The notes beneath the pieces were generated by a model, which saw nothing but the letters and a program-made list of their open reading frames with translations, did no database searches and was not told where the DNA came from. Both the position numbers and the translations under genes were made by a program. A stretch of DNA of 64,000 nucleotides, from positions 16,804,001 through 16,868,000 of the forward strand of contig CM075989.1 in the NCBI GenBank assembly GCA_038087875.1, in the 5' to 3' direction. Positions within the stretch are counted from its first letter, which is position 1. Each line of letters begins with the position of its first letter. This stretch comes from Malacoraja senta (Eukaryota). Of this stretch, positions 1-12,889 are shown piece after piece.

Positions 1-398
1 AGCTAGGATTGTTGTCTTCAGAACAGAAACCGTGGAGAGACTTAACGTGTATACAGTCATAAGGGGTCCAGACAAATTAAGTAGGAAAAACCCAATTCTG
101 TTACCAGAGAGATCAAAAACTAGTAGCCGAGACTGGGCAACAGATTGGAGGGGATCTGCAGATATGGAGTAGACATTCAGGACTGAGCTGAGGACGTCAG
201 CCTGTCAGTCACACACCGCCTGTCAGTCAAACACCGCCTGTCAATCATGCTGAAGAAGGGTCTCGACCCGAAACATCTCCCATTCCTTCTCTCCAGAGAT
301 GCCCGACCCGCTGAGTTACTCCAGCATTTTGTGCGTATCTTCTATCAATCACGGCACCAGCTATCAGCCTTGCTTTTCCAAACATAAAACTTTTCTTG

Positions 399-588
399 TG
401 TAAGAAGGAACTGCAAATGCTGGTTTACACCGAAGACAGACACAAAATGCTGGAGTAACTCAGCGGGAGAGGCAGCATCTCTGGAAAGACCCTTCACCCA
501 TTTCTCTCTCTAGAGATGCTGCCTGTCCTGCTAAGTTACTCCAGCATTTTGTGTCTATCTTTGGTGTAAACCAGCATCTGCAGTTCCT
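399..588. mobile_element. Inverted pair of Penelope-like terminal-repeat fragments (fold-back)
   Basis: GTAAGAAGGAACTGCAAATGCTGGTTTACACC...AAATGCTGGAGTAACTCAGC is followed by its reverse complement ...GTTACTCCAGCATTTTGTGTCTATCTTTGGTGTAAACCAGCATCTGCAGTTCCTT. The same module adjoins GIY-YIG-tail-coding fragments elsewhere in the window. Confidence 0.7.
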
Positions 589-1233
589 TTTTTTTCCCTC
601 AAAAGATTTTCAAAAATTATAAATATTATTCCTTGGCCTCTGCTGCATCAAACAAACAATTTAAGATGCCGACTATGACAGTAGCTGAGATTATGAATTT
701 GTTTTATATAATTCAATATTATTAAATATAATTGAAATTGAGATTATGAGTCTGAAGGAGGGTCCCGACTCAAAACGTCACATCCATGTTCTCTGGAGAT
801 GCTGCCTGACCCGCTTAGTTACTCCAGCAATTTGTGCCTTTCACTCAGATTATGTGTTTTAATGGCAAGATCACTTTCCTACCCATTGACTGCTTTCTTC
901 ATTCTCTGTGGTGAGCTCTCACTATTTTTAAGCTTACATATTTAATAGTGTAATGTCCAAAATGTTTTTCATCCTCTTTTTGCACTAACCATCGCAATAC
1001 CAATACCAATTCTATCAAATAGCTAGAACTTGGTGATAAATTAGGTTGTGAACCTTCAGGGGTTGTCCAATTCTCTGCAGGAATCAAAGTGACTCATGAC
1101 TCAACTCATTGCATGATTTATGACTCAATTCATCGCATGAACATTATGATTGGCAAATGATTTTCAAAGGTTTGCGAGAATATTTGTATTTAAGAAGATT
1201 TTTCTACAATCCATTATGATATCTAGAATCAAT

Positions 1234-2062
1234 TATTGTCACCAAGCCAACAAAAGCTACCGATTCTGGGGTCCTCCCCTTTTTCCATGATGTCACCCAT
1301 TATCAGGAGCGCTATGCTCTCATAACCAAATTGCCTGCTCAAGGCCCATGGAATTCCAACCAAACTCATAAGCTGATAATCGTATGTGGTTTGTAGTGTG
1401 CTCTACTTTTTTTTTTTTTTGAAATTATTTTTTATTGGAGGTAAGTACATATATTAAAATCGATACCAGTCTTACATTTTTAAATTACTAATATCGTCCA
1501 TTATTATTACAATGTCTCCAATACTTTAAAAAAAAATTTTTTTTTAACTAAATAGAACTAAAAAGATAGATGAAATAAGGAAAGAAAGAGAAAAAAGAGA
1601 AGAAACAAAAAAAAAAGAAACAAAAACAAAACAAAAAACAAAAACATATTGTCACCAAGCCAACAAAAGCTACCGATTCTGGGGTCTTTCTCCCCTTTTT
1701 CCATGATGTCACCCATTATCAGGAGCGCTATGCTCTCATAACCAAATTGCCTGCTCAAGGCCCATGGAATTCCAACCAAACTCATAAGCTGATAATCGTA
1801 TGTGGTTTGTAGTGTGTGCTCTACTTTTTTTTTTTTTTTTAATTATTTTTTATTGGAGGTAAGTACATATATTAAAATCGATACCAGTCTTACATTTTTA
1901 AATTACTAATATCGTCCATTATTATTACAATGTCTCCAATACTTTTTTAAATTTTTTTTTTTAACTAAATAGAACTAAAAAGATAGATGAAATAAGGAAA
2001 GAAAGAGAAAAAAGAGAAGAAACAAAAAAAAAGAAACAAAAACAAAACAAAAAACAAAAACA
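1234..2062. repeat. ~413-bp tandem duplication (1234-1646 and 1647-2062) spanning the 3' junction of the L1 insertion
   Basis: TATTGTCACCAAGCCAACAAAAGCTACCGATTCTGGGGTC starts at both 1234 and 1647. The copies differ mostly in homopolymer and dinucleotide run lengths. Confidence 0.9.
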
Positions 2063-3495
2063 AAAAAACAAAAAAAAAGAAAGAGATAATAAAGAAGAAT
2101 GCAATAATTTAATACGATAAAAAACTTCATTCGAGATATATTCGTACATTTCAGAGTATAACATTTCATCTATTCCTTGGCACGGGTGTTAGTCAGGTTC
2201 TCGTGCTGAACCATTCTGACCCTTTAAATAGTCAATAAAGGGAGACCATGTTCCGACGAATAGTTCCTGTTTGTCCAACAGGACAAGTCTAATTCTTTCC
2301 AAGTGTAAGGTCTCCGTCATTTCTATAATCCACATTTTGATTGTGGGGGTTATAGGGCCTTTCCAAAATTTTAGAATTAATTTTTTCCCAGTTATTATAC
2401 TATAATCAATAAAGTTTCTTTGAGTTGATGTAAATGTTTGATTTAGTTCTAATGTTCCAAGTATTATTAATTTTGGATCCGGGTCCAATTGAATGCTAGT
2501 CACTTTAGATATTATTGTGAAAATATTTACCCAGAAACTTTTAATTTTTATGCAATTTGCAAACATATGAGATAAGTTAGCTTCTAAATGTTGACATTTA
2601 TCACATATTGGTGAGATATGTGGGAAAATGTTATTTAATTTTGTTTTAGAATAATGTAATCTATGTATTACTTTGAATTGTATTAGAGAATGTCTGGCAT
2701 TTAATGAACATTGATGTATGTGTTGTAAACTTTCTTCCCAAGTATCTTTCGTTATTATTTGATTTAGTTATTTTTCCCAAGTTTGTCTGTGTAAGTCCGT
2801 CAATGGAATATCACTGTCTAATAAAATATTATATATATAAGATGTTAGTTTTTCTGTATTAGGATGTTTATTCCAACAGTCGTCTAAAATTTCTGAATTT
2901 CTAATTCTAAAATTTCGAGTATTTGCTTTTACGTAATCTCTAAGTTGAAGATATCTGAAAAAATCATTTACTTGAAGTCCATAAGTCTGTTGCAACTCCT
3001 GAAATGAAAGAAAAGTGCCTTCCTTATAAAGTTGTCCCATCTTTTTAATTCCATAGTTTTTCCATTGTGTGAAACCTTTGTCCAACCATGAGGGCTTAAA
3101 CAAAGGGTTATTCGCAATTGGAAGAAAAAGTGATAAATTATCTAGTTTTAATGTCTTTTTTAATTGTTTCCAAATTCGCATAGTACTATATATTATAGGA
3201 TTTTCCCTATAAATTTTTTTATTTAATTTAGTAGCAAATAGTATCGAGCCGATTTCAAAAGGTGAGCAATCTTCCTTTTCCATTTTTAACCAATCTGGTT
3301 GTTGATCTATTTCTTCCAACCAAAAATTCATATTTTTAATGTTAACTGCCCAAAAATAAAACAAAAGTTTGGTAAAACCAAACCTCCATTTATTTTTGAT
3401 TTGCACAGATGTTTTTTGCTTATCCTATGATTCTTATAATCTCAGATAAAGTCACTGACAATGGAATCTAACTTTTTTAAAAAGTTTTTTGACAA
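1826..3495 (-). mobile_element. 5'-truncated L1/Tx1-clade LINE (ORF2 C-terminal region, 3' UTR, poly-A)
   Basis: Minus ORFs 2768-3406 (WKQLKK...FLSFQELQQTYGL...FFRYLQLRDY) and 2189-2566, preceded by a CDKC...HMFANC zinc-binding motif. A plus-strand poly-T starts near 1825. 15-bp TSD AGTGTGTGCTCTACT at 1811-1825 and 3496-3510. Confidence 0.9.
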
Positions 3496-4611
3496 AGTGT
3501 GTGCTCTACTGCCAAAGAAATGGAACCTATGGATCCATTTGGAAAAGAAGATGGAAGTTTATTCCCCAATTTCCTGGTAAATAATTGTCTCTCAACCCAC
3601 ACCACTAAATAGGCAGCAGTATTCAGATGATTTATGGGATTTTTCAGTGCACAACATGGCTGCATGTTTCCTCACATTTGTTTCCACACATGGCTTGATT
3701 GTACTCGTGTGCAGTAAGCAAGATAGCAAGCAAACAAAAGCTATTCATAGTACCTTGGTACATCTGACAATAATAAACCATTAGATTGCAAACATGACCT
3801 CACATTCATTATCTGTAGACTTCTTCAGGCTGCACTAGGGATGTGAAAACATCTATGTGAATGCAAGTCTTTTTTCACTTCTGGAAAGAATGGTTAAAAA
3901 AACCCAGAGTATAACATTTCCATTCTCATTGAGAAAATTATAATTCATTTATTTGCGTGCAAATAAGGAAAAAGGGGAAGCACTTTTACATAGAATTGCG
4001 TACAGTTTAGGCCACAGTAACATGTACTGCATTCCATCTCTACACATTGTCAGCACTTCCTACTATTCCTTCCTCCCTTGTGTGTTTAACCACCTTTCCC
4101 TTAACTTCTTCTATGCTGTTCACGTCAACAACTTGTGATATTGTGTTCCACATTCCCATCAATGTTTGTATGATGCAGTTTCTCCTGAATTCTCATCTTA
4201 TTTGTGGTTCTTAGTTTTGAAGCTCCACACAAGAGTAACAAATATCATCTTTATGAATCCACTACAATTTTAACATTGTTCATTGGGACGCCTCTTTGTC
4301 ATTTTTCCAGAGGATATAATCCAAGCCTTGGCCCAAGTTATTACATTTTTCCTGTTGGTTATAATGTCCAAATTCTAGATGTCATACATGTAATTATTTG
4401 CTGTCTCTTCATTTTATAATATGGAGACTATGGCTGTTCAAATTATTCCGAATATGGTCTAATTACATTTCTATGCATATTCAAATCTATCCTTCTCACA
4501 ATGGATCCAAGTATTAAATATAGAAAGATAGACACAAAATGCTGGAGTAACTCAGCGAGCCCGCCAGCATCTCTGGAGAAAATGGATAAGTGACATTTCG
4601 GGACTCGAAGG

Positions 4612-4920
4612 AGGCAGGGTGGTGCAGTGGTAGAGTTGCTGCCTTACAGCGCTTGCAGCGCCAGGGACCTGGGTTCGGTCCCTACGGATGCTGTCTGTAT
4701 AGAGTTTGTATGTTCTCCCCGTGACCACATAGGTTTTCTCTGAGATCTTCAGTTTTCTCCCACACTCCAAAGACGTACAGGTTTGTAGGTTAGTTGGCTT
4801 GGTATAAGTGTAAATTGTCCCTAGTGTTTGTAGGATAGTGTTAATGTGCTGGGATTGCTGGTCAGTGCTGACTCGGTGGGCCGAAGGGCCAGATTCGGCA
4901 CTGTATCTCTAAACTAAACT
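4612..4920 (+). mobile_element. tRNA-derived V-SINE (HE1-like), near full length
   Basis: A-box TGGTGCAGTGG (4620-4630), B-box GGTTCGGTCC (4672-4681), V-domain-like GAGTTTGTATGTTCTCCCCGTG...TCCCACACTCCAAAGAC, CR1-type tail GGGCCGAAGGGCC...CTGTATCT and a (CTAAA)n end. It is inserted into a Penelope-like terminal repeat. Confidence 0.8.
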
Positions 4921-5249
4921 GGACCCTTCTTCAGACATTTTATTAATATAATATTTCATTACAAACATTAGATGTGCTTTGTGATTTTCTCAAACTGCAT
5001 TGGTGTGTCCATAGTTCGTTTTAGCAAATTTCGCATTTAGTCATTATCTTCATCCCAAAAGTACAACCTCTTAAAGCTCGTTGTCATTCTGCAAGTTTGT
5101 TAAAGTTAAAGTGAGATAGAAGTGAAGTCAAGGTAGTTGATCCTGTAGAAAGGAATAATGGCATGAAGCATTCATAGACTAGCCAGGAGGGTTCTAATAC
5201 AAAGGCTAAAGTTATTCCAATTCGAGGAAGATCAGATCAGAGTCTAGGA

Positions 5250-5845
5250 CCAGAATCCATAACCTCAGAATAAAAGGACATACCTTTAGAAAGGAGATGA
5301 GGAATTTCTTTAGTTGGAGGGTGGTGAATTTGTGGAATCCTGCCAGATGGCTGAAGGCCAAGTCAATGGATATTTTTCAGGCGGAGATTGACAGATTCTT
5401 GATTAATAAGGATATCAGGGATTGTGGGAAGTGGTAGGAGAGTGGGATTGAGAGGGAAAGATAGATCAGCCATGATTCAATGGCGGAGTAGACTTGATGG
5501 GCCGAATGGCTTAATTCTGCTCCTAGAACCTATGAACATGAATTATTTGAGAAGATGGGTAGGTACACTAGTTTGAATACCAGCTTCATTGAAGGGGCAT
5601 CTCAATAAATCTGCTGTAAATTAGGATATAATTGAGTCAGAATTAGTCATTGAAATAATCACATCTTCATGACACATCATGTCAGCAAGAACATTGTGGA
5701 TACAGAGAATATGGGTGTCAGGGGTAATGGGGAGAAGGCAGGAGAATGGGGTTGAGAGGGAAAGATAGATCAGCCATGATTCAATGGCGGAGTAAACTTG
5801 ATGGGCCGACTGGCCTAATTCTGCTCCTATAACTTGTGAACTTAT
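5250..5845 (+). mobile_element. Two CR1/HER1-like LINE 3' fragments
   Basis: Typical CR1 3' end (AGGACCAG...CTCAGAATAAAAGG...GGGTGGTGAATTTGTGGAA...GATCAGCCATGAT...GGGCCGAATGGC..AATTCTGCTCCTA); the tail portion occurs twice. Confidence 0.7.
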
Positions 5846-6236
5846 GAAACAAGAAATTACATCACATGCCTGAACCTCAAATTTAAATAGCAATATTTGC
5901 ATGGTTCATTGAGAAAATTGGAAGTGAAACAAAGAAGGGAAATCAGCTTCAAAAACCCCGCAGGAAGGAGGAGGTGGGGAAGTAACTTGTTAGTATCTGG
6001 TAAATTCAGAAATATATTCAGAACATATCGAGACAAAATAGAAACTAATGAATCTCTGCTGGAAAGTATGAACAATTCCTCTACTGCCAGTAAGGCAGCG
6101 GTATTCAGGGACTGGGGAAAAACTTTAAAGAAGTGCAATGAAACTAAAGATGTAATTTGTAATATCCAATGAAGATCAGCAGCAATCTTCTGTATTAAAA
6201 GTAATCAATGTAGGTAGACAAAGGAAGATGCTTGTG

Positions 6237-6640
6237 TTTAAGAAGGAACTGCAGATGCTGGAAAATCGAAGGTACACAAAAATGCTGGAGAAACTCAGCG
6301 GGTGCAGCAGCATCTATGGAGCGAAGGAAATAGGTAACGTTTCGGGCCGAAACCCTTCTTCAGACTGATAGGGGGTGGGGAGAAGAAAGGAAAAAAGGAA
6401 AAAGGCGGAGGAGGAGCCCGAGGGCTGGGGGAGGGGAGGAGACAACCAGATGGCTGATGAAGGGGAGGGGACAGCAAGGGCTAGCAGAATTGGGAGAATT
6501 CAATGTTCAAGCCCCCAGGATGTAGACTGCCCAAGCGGAATATGAGGTGCATTTCCTCCAATTTACGGTGTTGCTCGCTGTGGCCATGGAGGAGACCCAG
6601 GACAGAGAGGTCAGATACGGAATGGGAGGGGGAGTGGGAG
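6237..6640 (-). mobile_element. Penelope-like element 3' fragment: GIY-YIG C-terminus plus terminal repeat with hammerhead core
   Basis: ORF 6481-6669 ends SDLSVLGLLHGHSEQHRKLEEMHLIFRLGSLHPGGLNIEFSQF, typical of the PLE endonuclease tail. Minus-strand CTGAAGA-AGGGTTTCGGCCC-GAAAC-GTT at ~6333-6366. Confidence 0.8.
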
Positions 6641-7459
6641 TTGATTTGTGTTTGTTGGAGATCAATCATTCCAACCTCAGAAAATCACGCAGGAGGCCCT
6701 GTAGGCAGTACCCCAGGCCCAGCCAGCCGAAGTTCCTTTTACACCATGAATCATTTATCACTAGGTAAGTATTGTCAGCAAGTATCATTCCAGCATTCCC
6801 CAAAGGAAGGTTATGAAAGCTAACCGTGTCTTTCTTTACAGACCATTTACAGTTTGTAAATCCCTCAGCTGTTTCCCACGTTGGCCCTTCATCTCAATGG
6901 GGTTAGAGTATTAAAGTAAGGAATTTTCTCTGTAAATGTACAAGGCTCCAGTGAGATGTCATCTGCAATACTGCAAACAATTGTGTTGCTCCTTCTTAAA
7001 GACAGAAATTATGTCAATAGAGACAGTTAAGAGAAAGTTCACTTTGGTGATCCGAGTGTGGAGGTCTATAAAGAAAGTTGAAACAAGTTGAAACTCAGTG
7101 GAGTTTATAGAGGTGATTTTACTGAATTAATAAGTCTCTTGGGGGGAGAGGGAGTGGGGGCGGGTTGGTAGAGAGAATAAAAGCTGTGGGGAAGTTTCCT
7201 TTAAATGGAATGTCCAGAACTGGAGAACCTAGTTTTAGAATAAAGATGTGGCCATTTAAAACTTCTCAACACAGAGAGGCGTGGAAGCAGAGTATTTGTG
7301 CACATTTAAAGCCGAGAAATATACATTTCTAATCTGTAAAAAAAATCAACGGTCATGGAGAAACGCAGGATTATGGACTGAAGAAGAAATGTTAGTTCAG
7401 TGATGTTTCCATTGAATGGCCTATTCTATGTTCATTTCTTATGTTCTGTAAAGAAAGAC

Positions 7460-8037
7460 GCATACTACCTCAGGCAACTGAGGAAATTCAGTCTCTCTGA
7501 GGATCCTTCAGTGCTTCTACTCTGGGGCTGTAGAAAGCATCTTGTCCGGCAACATCACAATCTGGTTTGGGAACTGCTCTGCCCAGGACAAGAAGGCTCT
7601 GCAGAGAGTAGTGCATTCAGCCGAACGCACCATGGGAACTACAATCACCCCCCTGCAGGACCTATACACCAGGAGGTGCAGATCCAGAGCCAGCAAGATC
7701 ATGAAGGACCCCTACCACCACAACAACGGACTGTTCCAGCTACTACGGTCAGGCAAACGCCTCTGCTGTCATGCTGTGTAAACAGAGAGGATGAGACGGA
7801 GTTTCTTCCCACAGGCCATCAGGATTGCAAACTCTTATCTCACCAGGGACTAATTTACTGTACTAATTTACTGTTATGTTGTGTCTTTTTAAAATTGCTG
7901 TTTTTTTCCTAATATGTAAATACTAATTCTGTTCTATTCTGTTCTGTAGTTTTTTTGCACAATCCGCAGGCATTGCCACTTTCATTTCACTGCACATCTT
8001 GTATGTGTATGTGACAAATAAAGTTGACTTGACTTGA
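7460..8037 (+). mobile_element. Rex1/Babar-clade LINE 3' fragment
   Basis: YYLRQLRKF...ESILSGNITIWFGNCSAQDKKALQRVVHSAERTMG...KIMKDPYHHNNGLFQLLRSGKRL, followed by AATAAAG and a (TTGAC)n tail. Confidence 0.8.
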
Positions 8038-9254
8038 TAGCTTTCAAAATGTTTCATTGGGGAATGCACAACATGCTGCAATGATACTTGATGACAAAAC
8101 TATCCGATTGATAAGTAACTGATGGTATAAAAGGAACTTCAGGTTACATGGTCAAAGACAGATTCACCTAAAGCCACAATCCCGGACTTAAGTGCTGAAA
8201 TCTTTCTAAATATATTTTGAATGTTTTAATCTCAAAAGCAAACAAACTCAACCCACCTGAAATCACCTTTAAACTATATAAAAATATATATTAATATATA
8301 TTTTTAACATTGGGAAGATTTAAGAGTTGAAATAATAAATGATTTGATTGTCTTTTTAAATTGCCAAATTATTTTATGTCAGCTGTTTTTCCACTTACAC
8401 CTTGTACATGACACACAATTGAGTCATGGAGTTATTTATGCTTCTGTGACAATTTTTTGTTGAGTTTATCTCAACTTCACTCCCTGGCTGGTTTCTATAA
8501 CGAGTCTAGTATAAATCTGCAGACAGCAGACTTATAATGAATCTTTGACAGCAACTTTGTAATTTCTGCATTTACACATATATTTAAATTCTTAAGATAA
8601 GGTTGGTTTTGTGGGATAGTGATGGTATGTTCAGATAGTTCCAGCATCATCTGGGCACAGGGTTGTGGCATCTTAGAGCACAGTGTAGAGATGTTGTATC
8701 TTCCTGAGTAACAGATTTCACTCTGCATTTTAATGCGTACTGTCTGTTCTCAGCTTCATTATATGAAAGCACCACAGTGCATGCCCAGAATACAAGTTGA
8801 ATCATTTCATAAGTTTTTGTTTTTAAATTTAGTTGGTGACAAGACTTTCCGATTGTTTCAGCGATTAGCTAATTTAATCTCACCTGCAGTGAAAAGATCA
8901 CATGTTTCAGTATAAGGTTGTGATGCATGTGGTTGGGGTATTTTAACATCAGAAGTGTGGGTTATGACCTTTGTATTTACGTCATGGTGTATTGGTGCCA
9001 AAAATTGGAAAATAATTCATATTTTTGTATATCAACTTGGTTTGTTTCCATAAAGTATTTCTCTAAAGAATTGTACATTGATTCTACTTGAACCGATTAG
9101 GAAAGTTGCTAGATCAGATATAATAGGAAACAGGAAATGGCCAGCCGAGGAGGCTTTGAAGTAAAAACTTTTCTTTTTGTGCCTTTTACATTCCTAAAAT
9201 ATCTCAGTGCAGTTCACACCAGTTGTATGAATGTCACTGTCACTGACAATATTC

Positions 9255-10228
9255 AGGCTGGAGGTCTGTGAGCAGTGGAGTTCCAGAGGGATATTGTGAT
9301 ATATATATATAAATGACTTGGACGTAAGCATAGACGGGTTGGTTGGTAAGTTTGAAGATGACACCAAGATTGCTAGGGTCATGGACTGTGAGGTAGGCTG
9401 TCAAAGCATATAGCAGGATAATAGATCGGGAACAGAAATGCGCAGATAACTGGCAGAGAATCCGAGCAAGTATGAGGTGTTGAATTTTGGGAGGTTGAAT
9501 GTTGAATTTAACCTCCCAAAATATACAATTAATGGAAGACCCATACCAGCATTGATGTATAGAGGGGTCTTAGAGTTCAAGCCTATAACTCCCTGAAAGT
9601 GGTAACACTAGTAGTGGTAAAGAGTACATATGGTATGCTTGCTTTCGTATGTCGGGCATTGAGTATGAGACAGGAAGTCATATTTATAGGACTCTGGTTA
9701 GGCCATATATGTAGTAGTATTGCACGTAGTTCTAGTTGCCCCATTAGAGAAAGGATGTGGTGGCTTTTGAAATGGTGCAGAGGAGGTTTACCAGAATGAT
9801 GCCTGGATTAGCGAGTATTAGCTACAGGGGGAGGTTGGACAAACTTGGATTGTTTTCTATAGGTGAGACCTGGTAGAAGGATTTAAAATTATAATGTATT
9901 GATAGGGTAGACAGTCAGAACATTTTTCCCAGGATCGAAATATCAAATCCTATAGGGCATAGCTTTAAGATGAGAGGAGAAAATTTTAATGAGATGTGCG
10001 GGGCAAGGTTTTTTACACAGAGGGTGGTGAGTACCTGGAACATGTTGCTAAGGGTGGTGGTGGAAGTAGATACAATAGTGCCCTTTACGAGACTTTTGGA
10101 TGGGCACATGGATATGTTAGGAATGGAGGGATATGGATCATGTGCAGGCAGATAAGAGATGGTCTTGGCATCATTTTCAGAACAACATTGTGGGCTGAAG
10201 AACCTGATCCTGTGCTGTACTGTTCTAT
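9255..10228 (+). mobile_element. Degenerate CR1-like LINE (RT C-terminal part and 3' end)
   Basis: Remnants YINDLD...KFEDDTKI and YGMLAF, FFTQRVVSTWN, and a CR1 tail GGGCTGAAGAACCTGATCCTGTGCTGTA. Confidence 0.75.
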
Positions 10229-10368
10229 ATTTGCAATTGAGACAGTCAAGTTATTTACAGCAAGGTCTCAGAGGCAATTTTAACATAAATAACTAGAAAA
10301 CATTCAGTTGGCATTATTTCTGGAAGAATGACTCGGATAACTACTATACTAATAGCCTGTAGTATAAT

Positions 10369-11020
10369 GTAGAAACAAGGAACTGCAGAGGCTGGTTTAC
10401 AACAAAAGACACAAAGTGTGGAAGTAACTCAGCAGGTCAGCTAGCATTTCTGGAGAACATGGATAGGTGATGTTTTGGGTCAGACACTTCTTCAGACTGG
10501 TTATGGGGAGGGGAGTAGAAAGCTTGCGCAGGACAATGTATGGTAAATAATAGGTGGAAATAGATGAAACAGACGAGGGGGATTTCTGATAGACAGATGG
10601 TGGGGCAAAGGACAAGAGATGAAAAAGATAGAAAATGAGAGACAAAAGGATTGAAGAGTTGCAAATTGTGAAACGAGAGGAAGGAATGTAGGTAGAGGGG
10701 AGAAATAGATATGAGTCCAGGTTAGGTACAGGGGAGGGATCAGGGAACAAAATGGAGCAGGTTTGGAGTTTCTGAAAATTGGCGAATTCAATGTCCATAC
10801 CGATGGGTTGTTAGCTACCCAAGAGGAATATGGAGATGCAGTTCCTCCAGTTTGCGTGTGGCCTCACTCTGGCAATGGAGGAGGCCCCAGGACAGAAAGG
10901 TCAGTATTGGAATGGGAAGGGGAGTTAAAATGGTTAGCAACACCAGATGCAGTAGATGAGGTGCATGTGAACTCTCTTCCCACCCAAACCACTTCCTCCC
11001 CAGACACCCCTGTCACCGCA
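10369..11020 (-). mobile_element. Penelope-like element 3' fragment
   Basis: Minus ORFs contain VANHFNSPSHSNTDLSVLG and MDIEFANF; the terminal-repeat module with a degenerate hammerhead core lies at ~10465-10498. Confidence 0.7.
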
Positions 11021-11024
11021 GGAG

Positions 11025-12030
11025 ATAGACAATAGACAATAAGTGCAGGAGTAGCCATTCGGCCCTTTGAGCCAGCACTGCCATTCACTATGATCATGGC
11101 TGATCATCCACAATCAGTACCCCGTTCCTGCCTTCTCCCCAAATCCCTTACTCTGCTATCTTTAAGAGCTCTATCTATCTCTTTAAAGCATCCAGAGAAT
11201 TGGCCTCCACTGCCTTCTGAGGCAGAGAATTCCACAGACTCACAACTCTCTAGGTAACATTTTTATTTTCCTCATCTCAGTTCTAAATGGCCTACCCCTT
11301 ATTCTTAAACTCTGGTCCCTGATTCTGGACTCCCCCAACATCGGGACCATGTTTCCTGCCTCTAGCGTGTCCAATCACCTTAATAATCTTTTATGTTTCA
11401 ATAAGATTCCCTCTCATCCTTCTAAATTCCAGTGTATACAAGCCCAGTCGCTCCATTCCTTCAACATATGACAGTCCCGCCATCCCAGGAATTAACCTTG
11501 TGAACTTACGCTGCACACCCTCAATAGCAAGAATGTTGGAGACCAAAACTGCACACAATACTCCAGGTGTGGTCTCACTAGGACCCTGTACAACTGCAGA
11601 AGGACATCTTTGCTCCTATGCTCAACTCCGCTTGTTATGATAGCCAACATGCCATTAGCTTTCTTCACTGTCTGCTGTACCTGCATGCTTACTTTCAGTG
11701 ACTGATGAACAAGGACACCCAGATCTCGTACTTACCCTTTTTCGAACTTGACACCATTCAGATAACAATCTGCCTTCCTGTTCTTGCCACCAAAGTGGAT
11801 AAACTCACATTTATCCACATTAGACTGCATCTGACATGCATCTGCCCACTCATCCAACCTGTCCAAGTCACCCGCATCCTCATAGCATCCTCCTCACAGT
11901 TCACACTACCACCCAGCTTTGTGTCATCTGCAAAATTGCTAATGTTACTTTTAATCCCTTCATCTAAATCATTAATGTATATCGTAAATAGCTGCGGTCC
12001 CAGCACCGAGCCTTGCGGTACCCCATGGTC
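11025..12030 (-). mobile_element. CR1-like LINE fragment (RT domain to 3' tail)
   Basis: GVPQGSVLGPQLFTIYINDLDEGIKSNISNFADDTKLGG and VKKANGMLA...LYRVLVRPHLEYCVQFWSP; the tail appears on + as (GACAATA)n at ~11027-11041. Confidence 0.9.
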
Positions 12031-12889
12031 AATCTTAATTGACTGGTCATTACCTACCATTCTGAAAGGGACCCATTAATCCCTACTTAAGATGTAACAC
12101 CTTCCAGCAGTAGTCTTTGCAGGTGAGACCGAGTTTCACGTGCACCTCATAAATATATATGTAATGTATGTAAATATATTCATTTATTCATTCATCATCG
12201 TTGAAAACATTAGCGACGCAGTGGTGCTGGTTTCCTACAGGAACGGTGACGGACGCACCACATATCTCTGTCCTCCAGTTCCTGCGGACTTCCGCCTCTG
12301 GAAGTATAGGATTTTGGTGTGTGCTTTATCATCATTCCTTACAATGCTATGTACGACAGTGATCGCAACTTCAACTGAAGTGTGGATGGCCGTTGGCTCG
12401 CTAGAAGCTCATCCGCCCTTTGACTGGTCTTGTTTTTGGTCCTGCTGGGGGTCCACAGCCCCCTCCTCACCTGGCAAACCAGGTGGAGGAGACGGTTTAG
12501 TCGCCGACTATCCGACCATGGAGCAGGTAGCACGGGATTACATGGTACCCGTGGCAGGGGGAACTCACCCCCGACCTCATATAATATATAATATTAATTA
12601 GTAATTACAATTAAAATAACAAATATTAATTAATTTAAAAATAATAATATATATATATGGTCTTATAACGTGCTGATCTCAAACTCGACAGAAATGCAGT
12701 CAAGTGGAATTGAGAAAGAATGGGTTGATACCAAAGTATCTTTGGTTGATACTGTCGTGGGATCGTGCTATGCTCACTTTGACCACCTCTTTCTCTGTAA
12801 CATGCGTGACTGTTCTTAAAGTGAATCGTTGGTAAAGCCTTGGGAGGTTCTGGCATTGAGAATTGCAGTCCCTTTCTTTGCAAGTTATT

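Noticed and set aside
1558..3665. Removing the L1 joins ORFs 3477-3665 and 1558-1785 into one ~110-codon minus-strand frame
   Set aside because: No recognisable protein and no splice signals; the plus strand shows a KAHGI-like remnant suggesting old CR1 RT sequence, so the open frame is probably chance.
4612..4690. tRNA gene
   Set aside because: The A and B boxes belong to a SINE head that continues into V-domain and LINE-tail sequence; there is no clean cloverleaf.
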